Origin: an uncultured Caulobacterales bacterium | GTDB lineage: Bacteria > Pseudomonadota > Alphaproteobacteria > Caulobacterales > Parvularculaceae | Reading direction: 5' to 3' | DNA length: 64,000 bases | NCBI GenBank assembly: GCA_964421675.1 | Contig: CAYQXV010000001.1 | Location: forward strand, 7,886 to 71,885 | Shown: piece by piece, positions 58,624-64,000 of the stretch | Layout: each line of letters begins with the position of its first letter | Numbering within the stretch: position 1 is the stretch's first letter | Notes under the pieces: model-generated | The model's database searches: none | What the model saw: the letters and a program-made list of their open reading frames with translations, nothing else | Told to the model about the DNA's origin: nothing | Position numbers and translations under genes: made by a program

Positions 58624-59430
58624 TCAATAGTAATAATAGCCTGACTTTACGGACGATGAGGGGGCCATGTTCAAGACGGTGCCAACAATATTTGTATTGC
58701 GTAACAAACGCTTGGCTTCTTTTATGTCCGCCGCCTTGGTTCCACCACTGGCTGCAACCAACAAGACGCAATCGACCTGCGGCAGAAGCGCCAATGTGTC
58801 GTCACAACCAAGGATTGGGGATGTGTCCATCACAACAATCCGCGACCCCAGACCGCGCACGGCTGTATCGATCAGACCTTCAACGGCGGTAGACGATAAA
58901 AATTCCGCACCGCGCCGGCTCACACGCTCATTGGCAAGCACGGTAAAATTCGGCAAGTCAGTGCGCCGGGCGATCTCAGTAAATTCCTTTTCGTTCTCGA
59001 AATAATCCAGCACAGAGCCGGGGTTTTCAAGCCCTAAATATCGCGCGACGCTGGGGCGATAAAAATCGAAATCTAACAGAGTTGAGCGTGAGGTTTCACT
59101 GGAGCTGACAGCGATCGCAAGATTGATAGCCGTAACGGTTTTCCCTGCGCTCGGAGCAGGCGACACAATCGCCACACTTTTCCAGCCCTCAGATTCCATG
59201 CGCTGCAAAACCCGTGTGCGAAGCACGCGATAGGCGTTCAATACAGGATCATGCTCGTTCGAGATGATGCGGTTCTCCGCGAAAGCCTCAAAGTTACATG
59301 CAGATTTTACAAGGCTGTTAAAATCAATGCTTCCACGGTGGACCGGCGCTGCTGATCCGCTCTGCGGCCGTGAGTTCGCCCCGATCCGCCGGTCGCGGGC
59401 TTTTGTCACCGCTTGTCTAATATGATCCAT
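58624..59430 (-). CDS. Polysaccharide-biosynthesis tyrosine autokinase, cytoplasmic subunit (PEP-CTERM-locus EpsG type)
   Basis: Walker A SPAPSAGKT, Walker A'/B (LLDFDF, VVMDTSP), and a C-terminal Tyr cluster GYYYY. AGGGGA RBS before the ATG at 59430. Confidence 0.8.
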   Translation of the reverse strand: MDHIRQAVTKARDRRIGANSRPQSGSAAPVHRGSIDFNSLVKSACNFEAFAENRIISNEHDPVLNAYRVLRTRVLQRMESEGWKSVAIVSPAPSAGKTVTAINLAIAVSSSETSRSTLLDFDFYRPSVARYLGLENPGSVLDYFENEKEFTEIARRTDLPNFTVLANERVSRRGAEFLSSTAVEGLIDTAVRGLGSRIVVMDTSPILGCDDTLALLPQVDCVLLVAASGGTKAADIKEAKRLLRNTNIVGTVLNMAPSSSVKSGYYYY

Positions 59431-59565
59431 ATCTATGTCCCCTATTTCGAAATAGGCTTTTGCGAGGCCCAAGGTTCAGTATTTCAAGCGTTTTGGAGCA
59501 TTGCTCGTTACGCGTTCATGGGCGTTTTGCCAAGGTGCACGTTAAGTTGAATGTTTCAGATGCGA

Positions 59566-61218
59566 TTACTCGGCCGGCAAAGCGCCAAGTTCTTCGCTGG
59601 CAATATCACCATCCTCATTGTGGCGCCGTTTCTTCCCTCCAAACGGGGAGAGACGCAGACCGCCGCCTTCGCCAGCAATAAAGGGAATGGTCGCCAAAGG
59701 CGGCTCATCGAGCAGCGATGTGAGGTGGTTGCGCCCGCGTACTGTGGCGGACAAGAACTCTGTTCCCAAGGCAATCAATCCGCCAATCATCAGCGAAAAC
59801 AGGACAGATACCGCAAAAAGAGCCGGTCTGTTTGGGCTGGAAGGGCGTTCCGGGAGGACCGCTGGTGAAATTTGGATAATCCGTTCGGCGCGGTCTTCTG
59901 CCTGCAGGTTTTCCGCCTGCTCCGCGAGTGACTGGCGGCGTCGATTAAATTCAAGCTGTTCTTCGTGGAAGTTCTGATCGCGCTCCAGATCCTTCAACAT
60001 GCTTTCAACAGCAGGCGTTCTGGTAATGCGATTTTCAAGATCATCAATTCGCTCTTGTAGCGTATTGCGCCGATCTTCTACCGCGCGTCCCCGGCGGGTT
60101 AAGGAGACAAGACTTTGGCGCAGAAGGAAAATTTGCGCACTCGAAGACAGCCCTGCACCGGAAGACGCTTTCCTGATAAATTGATCCGATAGCTGGTTTG
60201 TTGTCCGGGTAAGTGCTTCAATCTCTTCATCATCTGCATTGCGGGCCTGGGCAGAGATTAAGGCTTCTTCAGCGTCATCAAGACGTTCCTGCAAGCGCTG
60301 CAATTCGCGCCCTGGTGATAATTGCCGCTCTAGCGAGCGGATTTCCGCCCTTACAGCCAGTACCTCAGGGTGGGATTCAGTATATATTGCACGCAACTCT
60401 TCCAATCGTCCCTTAAGGCCAAGAACGCGGGCCTCAGGACTATTTTCAGATCCCCCGCCTGCCGCATTACTGGCAATCTGGGTTTCAATTGTACGCTTGT
60501 TTTCTTCCAGCGAGCGGATCTGGGTATCCAGATCTGTTGACTGGGAAATAAGCCGCTCCAGTTGACGTTCATGCAATGGCAATTGTTCAGGCAAGGAGCC
60601 ATTATTCTGGCTTTTAAACTCCGCAATTTCTTGCTGTTTCGTCCGCAATAGTCCCGTAAGCCGTTCGGTTTCGTTTTGAAAAAACTCACTGGTATCAGAG
60701 GCATCCTTCACTGTTTGCTGACGATCCTGATTTTCAAGACGATTGATAAACTCATTCGCAACGATCACCGCCTTTTGGGCGGAAGGGTCGGTATACCCGA
60801 CCTCAAAAGCCACCGCATCTTGCCCCGTTGCGGCATTGGCAAATTCATTGCGGCGCGGCGAAATTTTGAACCGGCGCTCCATAAGCCGCACTTTTTTGGA
60901 TTCGGAATAGCCGAGCCAATCGGGGAACAGCTCGGTTTTGGCGGCAATCTCCAGCAATTCCGCGCGGGCAACGAGGCGCTGTCGATTCACCTCTATTCGC
61001 TCCAGAGCGGTGGCTGAAGACGTCTTTTTGACCAATTCTTCGGAAATTTGCGGCGATTGAATCAGCATAACCCCTTCTGAGGTGTATTTTGCTGGTAGCA
61101 ACATCACCCCTATGAGGAGGAAGGGAAGCAGCAATAGCGCTGGAATCGCGAACGCCTTAATGCGCCGCTGAAAAATAATCAGAATATCTTCTAGGGAGAA
61201 ATCACCGCCCATAATCAA
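59566..61218 (-). CDS. Wzz/GumC-family polysaccharide chain-length determinant (PEP-CTERM-locus EpsF type)
   Basis: N-terminal TM plus Wzz-like region, a long coiled-coil, and a second TM near the C-terminus (ALFAVSVLFSLMIGGLIALG). Confidence 0.8.
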   Translation of the reverse strand: MIMGGDFSLEDILIIFQRRIKAFAIPALLLLPFLLIGVMLLPAKYTSEGVMLIQSPQISEELVKKTSSATALERIEVNRQRLVARAELLEIAAKTELFPDWLGYSESKKVRLMERRFKISPRRNEFANAATGQDAVAFEVGYTDPSAQKAVIVANEFINRLENQDRQQTVKDASDTSEFFQNETERLTGLLRTKQQEIAEFKSQNNGSLPEQLPLHERQLERLISQSTDLDTQIRSLEENKRTIETQIASNAAGGGSENSPEARVLGLKGRLEELRAIYTESHPEVLAVRAEIRSLERQLSPGRELQRLQERLDDAEEALISAQARNADDEEIEALTRTTNQLSDQFIRKASSGAGLSSSAQIFLLRQSLVSLTRRGRAVEDRRNTLQERIDDLENRITRTPAVESMLKDLERDQNFHEEQLEFNRRRQSLAEQAENLQAEDRAERIIQISPAVLPERPSSPNRPALFAVSVLFSLMIGGLIALGTEFLSATVRGRNHLTSLLDEPPLATIPFIAGEGGGLRLSPFGGKKRRHNEDGDIASEELGALPAE

Positions 61219-61699
61219 TAACCACTCTTTTGCTGCATCAATTGAGCAAAAACCCTGCTTTTAGTACAGAATTTAATGCCCGGGGACCCATCCACGGCCG
61301 ATCCAAGGCCTATTAGCCCGTCATTCAGCCTTTTTTAGGGCGCGGATCAAGCCCTTAACGTAAATTTGGCAGTAAAGATGAAACCAAACCCACCACCCAA
61401 AGACGGAATATAGGGGCGGCGGCACCGCAAAAACTGTGTCTGAGATGTTAATTTTCAAAATTAACTGCATTCGCGGTATTTTTGGCCTTTGAAATTTACA
61501 CGCCATTCGATTATTTCTCCCTTGTTAATAGCATCATTCAAAAAGCGTGGTATGCAATTATCTTACTGGGACGAAACAGACGGCCCCTCCGGTTAACGAA
61601 ATACTAACGCTGAAGAGGCCATGACATTGAACCACCCTCAAACTTGCCCTGCAAGAGCACATTGCTTTGCAGCAGACATTGATAAGGACTAATCCGAAA

Positions 61700-64000
61700 A
61701 TGATACGCAGACAGACCCGATCCCGTTTGATTGCCGCTCTTTTCATGTCAACCGCATTGATTGCGTGTTCATCACCCGAGCAGCGCATGGAACGCTATAC
61801 CGCTGAAGGCAACGAATTTTTTGAGGAAGGCGATTTCCTGCGCGCGAATATTCAATATCGCAACGCGCTGAAGATTGACGAAACCCACACGCCTGCCCTT
61901 AAGGGCCTGGTTTCCATTGCAGAACAAAATCGCGAATATGAAACCATGTTCAGCCTGCTTCAGCGCCTTGCGCGCCTAGAGCCTGAAAATACCGATGCGA
62001 TTGTCAAACTTGGCAATATCTATCTGATTGCAAGCGATGAGGCCGAAGCCCAACAAAAAGCTGATGAAGCTCTTGCGATTGACCCCAATTTTGCCCCGGC
62101 GCGCGCATTGAAAGCAAGCGTGCTCTACAAGCTTGGAGACACCGCGACCGCGGTAAACCTCGCCAAAGACATTATTAGGAGAGATCCGGGAAACCAGGAT
62201 GCAGTCACACTGATTGCTGCTGATCGTGCCCGTCAAAACGATATTGAAGGCGCATTAGCGGAAGTTGAGAAAGGCCTTGCCCAAAGTGAGAGCCATATTC
62301 TTTTGCAGCTCATGCGTATCGAACTGTTGGGTAAGCTTGGCCGTCAAGATGATGTGGATAAAGCGTTCCGAGATCTAATTGCCGTAAACCCGGAAGATCC
62401 GTCATTCCGGCAGACCTATGCACAAAGTCTGATCAATTTGGGCCGGCTTGCCGATGCGCGGGACGTTCTTGCAGAAGTGGTAAGTATTGCACCCGACGTT
62501 CTCGACAATCACAGAAATCTCATTCGCGTAGACTATCAGTTGAGCGGCCCTGAAAAAGCGCTTGCAACCTTCACGGCAGCGGCAAATGCCAGGCCTGATG
62601 ATGAAGAATTACAATTTGCATTTGCTGAGTTTTTGATCAGTCAGGATCGCAGTGGCCAGGCCGAAACAATATATCAGCAATATGCTGGCTTGCGTGATGA
62701 TGCCGCCTTGCGAAACCGGGGAAAGGTAGAACTTGCCGGTCTGTATATACGCGGCGAACGCAATGACGAGGCTTCGGCTTTACTCGCAGAAGTCCTGGAA
62801 GAAGACGAGGGCAATACGGGTGCGAAAACCAAACTTGCAGCACTAAAACTGAAAAATGATGATGTTGATTCTGCTATCATCGATCTGCGATCGGTTATTA
62901 ATGGTGATCCCGATAATTTACAGGCACGCTTGTTAATGGGCGCTGCCCATGAACAGCAAGGCAATTTAGAACTGGCCGAGGTGCAATTCACACGCGCATT
63001 AGAACGCGGTGAGTCAGCGCCCTCTGTGGCGAACCCCTATGCGACGTTTCTTATTCGCAATAACAATCCCGGGCGTGCGGAACAAATTCTTGAGCAATCA
63101 CTCGCCGTTTTTAACGATAATATTCCCGGCTTACGTCTTCTCGCTTCGGCACGCCTGACATTACAGGACTGGACCGGCGCTGAAGAAGCCGGTCGACTGA
63201 TTGAACATCGATCCGGCATTAAAGATCCTTCCGTTAATCGTATTCTTGGTACCGCCTCTCTGGGGCAGCAAAATTATGCAGAAGCGATCTCACGCCTTGA
63301 GGCTGCAAATTCCGAGCAACCATTGAGTTCTCAACCGCTTGCAACACTGGTCAGCGCCTATCTCGCAGAAGGCCGTGCTGATGATGCCGACGCACTCCTC
63401 GCGCGCATTATCGATGGCAATCCCCGCAAAGAGGAAACCTATGATGCGCAAATTTTACGCTCGCGCGTTGCCTTTACGCAAAACCGCCGGGACGATGCGG
63501 AACGAATTTTGAATGAAGCGGTTACAATCGCCCCAGAACGAATTGAGGCCTACGATCTTCTCTATAGATATTATCTTCGTACCGATCGCCGTCCCGATGC
63601 TTTTGCGCTGATTTATCAGGGGCTTGAGCAGTTCAAAGAAAATTATGGCTTGAAGGTTTTTGAAGCTGACATTTTGATGAATGAGCGCCGATTTGATGAT
63701 GCAATCGCGGTGTATGAGACACTGCACAGACGCCGTCCTGATGATCGGTATGTCGCCAATAACTATGCCAGCCTTTTATCTGAGCATCATGATGATCCAC
63801 AGAGCCGGCAACGCGCGCTTGATGTTGCCAAAACCGTCGCAGACGTGGAAAATCCCTATTTTCAGGATACGTTGGGATGGGCGTATTTTAAGGTTGGTAA
63901 CCTTCAGGATGCTCGCCTCATCCTCAAGCGTGCAGCCGAGGACTACCCGAATATTGCCGTGTTGCATTACCATTTGGGCGCGGTGTATTCAGCGCTTGAA
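61700..64000 (+). CDS. prsT: TPR-repeat lipoprotein, PEP-CTERM system PrsT-like; 3'-truncated by the window edge (not in the ORF track)
   Basis: Hand translation is open for 767 codons from ATG 61700 to the window end. Lipobox LIAC. Tandem TPR-like repeats throughout (e.g. GNEFFEEGDFLRANIQYRNALKIDE...). It is divergent from the epsF/epsG-like genes. Confidence 0.75.
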   Translation, partial: MIRRQTRSRLIAALFMSTALIACSSPEQRMERYTAEGNEFFEEGDFLRANIQYRNALKIDETHTPALKGLVSIAEQNREYETMFSLLQRLARLEPENTDAIVKLGNIYLIASDEAEAQQKADEALAIDPNFAPARALKASVLYKLGDTATAVNLAKDIIRRDPGNQDAVTLIAADRARQNDIEGALAEVEKGLAQSESHILLQLMRIELLGKLGRQDDVDKAFRDLIAVNPEDPSFRQTYAQSLINLGRLADARDVLAEVVSIAPDVLDNHRNLIRVDYQLSGPEKALATFTAAANARPDDEELQFAFAEFLISQDRSGQAETIYQQYAGLRDDAALRNRGKVELAGLYIRGERNDEASALLAEVLEEDEGNTGAKTKLAALKLKNDDVDSAIIDLRSVINGDPDNLQARLLMGAAHEQQGNLELAEVQFTRALERGESAPSVANPYATFLIRNNNPGRAEQILEQSLAVFNDNIPGLRLLASARLTLQDWTGAEEAGRLIEHRSGIKDPSVNRILGTASLGQQNYAEAISRLEAANSEQPLSSQPLATLVSAYLAEGRADDADALLARIIDGNPRKEETYDAQILRSRVAFTQNRRDDAERILNEAVTIAPERIEAYDLLYRYYLRTDRRPDAFALIYQGLEQFKENYGLKVFEADILMNERRFDDAIAVYETLHRRRPDDRYVANNYASLLSEHHDDPQSRQRALDVAKTVADVENPYFQDTLGWAYFKVGNLQDARLILKRAAEDYPNIAVLHYHLGAVYSALE

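Noticed and set aside
61655-61671. Sigma-54-like element GAGCAC-N-TTGCA upstream of prsT
   Set aside because: The -24 GG is AG, and the spacing to TTGC is 6 nt rather than 5. It is also part of a CTGCAA...TTGCAG inverted repeat. The match is too weak to call.
1-64000. Looked for mobile elements, CRISPR arrays, tRNA/rRNA genes, toxin-antitoxin pairs or defence-island signatures
   Set aside because: I found no transposase or integrase motifs, no regularly spaced direct repeats, no tRNA-like T-arm sequences in intergenic regions, and no obvious compositional island. The only AT-rich patches are the promoter regions around flp.

Overview
This is a densely coding, core-chromosome-like segment of about 60 genes. 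I infer an alphaproteobacterial origin from three things: ihfB-lapA-trpF-trpB synteny, Caulobacter-type cpa gene order, and CtrA-type motifs. I saw no rRNA, tRNA, CRISPR array, transposase or integrase. Main blocks, in order:

- **1-5.2 kb:** a 5'-truncated enolase-superfamily dipeptide epimerase, an MFS transporter, a divergent PEP carboxylase and a cold-shock protein.
- **5.7-17.9 kb:** a complete Caulobacter-type Flp/Tad pilus locus on the minus strand (flp-cpaA-B-C-D-E-F-tadB-tadC). Its 54-codon flp pilin gene is absent from the ORF track. A secreted beta-helix protein lies downstream, and a Crp-like regulator and a stand-alone secretin-N-domain protein lie upstream.
- **17.9-31.5 kb:** mostly housekeeping genes (short adenylate-forming-like enzyme, AI-2E transporter, rluA-family, trpB/trpF, lapA, ihfB, ubiE, ubiB, coaBC, dut, moeB, M23 peptidase, DUF2093).
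- **31.6-36.5 kb:** a cobalamin riboswitch controlling a btuB plus ABC importer operon.
- **36.5-44.5 kb:** a bacterial sphingolipid (ceramide) biosynthesis cluster (GNAT-like putative ceramide synthase, DUF2141, spt, ACP, SDR reductase, fatty acyl-AMP ligase, divergent fatty-acid hydroxylase).
- **44.8-58.3 kb:** H+-pyrophosphatase, a HAD/MFS/threonine aldolase operon, acyl-CoA dehydrogenase, a PQQ dehydrogenase plus cytochrome c pair, and an RND efflux pair.
- **58.6-64 kb:** the edge of a PEP-CTERM/exosortase-type EPS locus (split tyrosine autokinase, chain-length determinant, and a divergent PrsT-like TPR lipoprotein that runs off the window and is also absent from the ORF track).

I found no clearly new 'system'. 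The most interesting items are:

- the sphingolipid cluster, with its unassigned members;
- the hyper-acidic 270-residue extension on CpaE;
- candidate CtrA boxes in front of flp;
- accessory genes flanking the tad locus;
- an adenylate-forming-like protein that starts at a degenerate P-loop.

All functional calls come from motif recognition by eye. No database searches were run.
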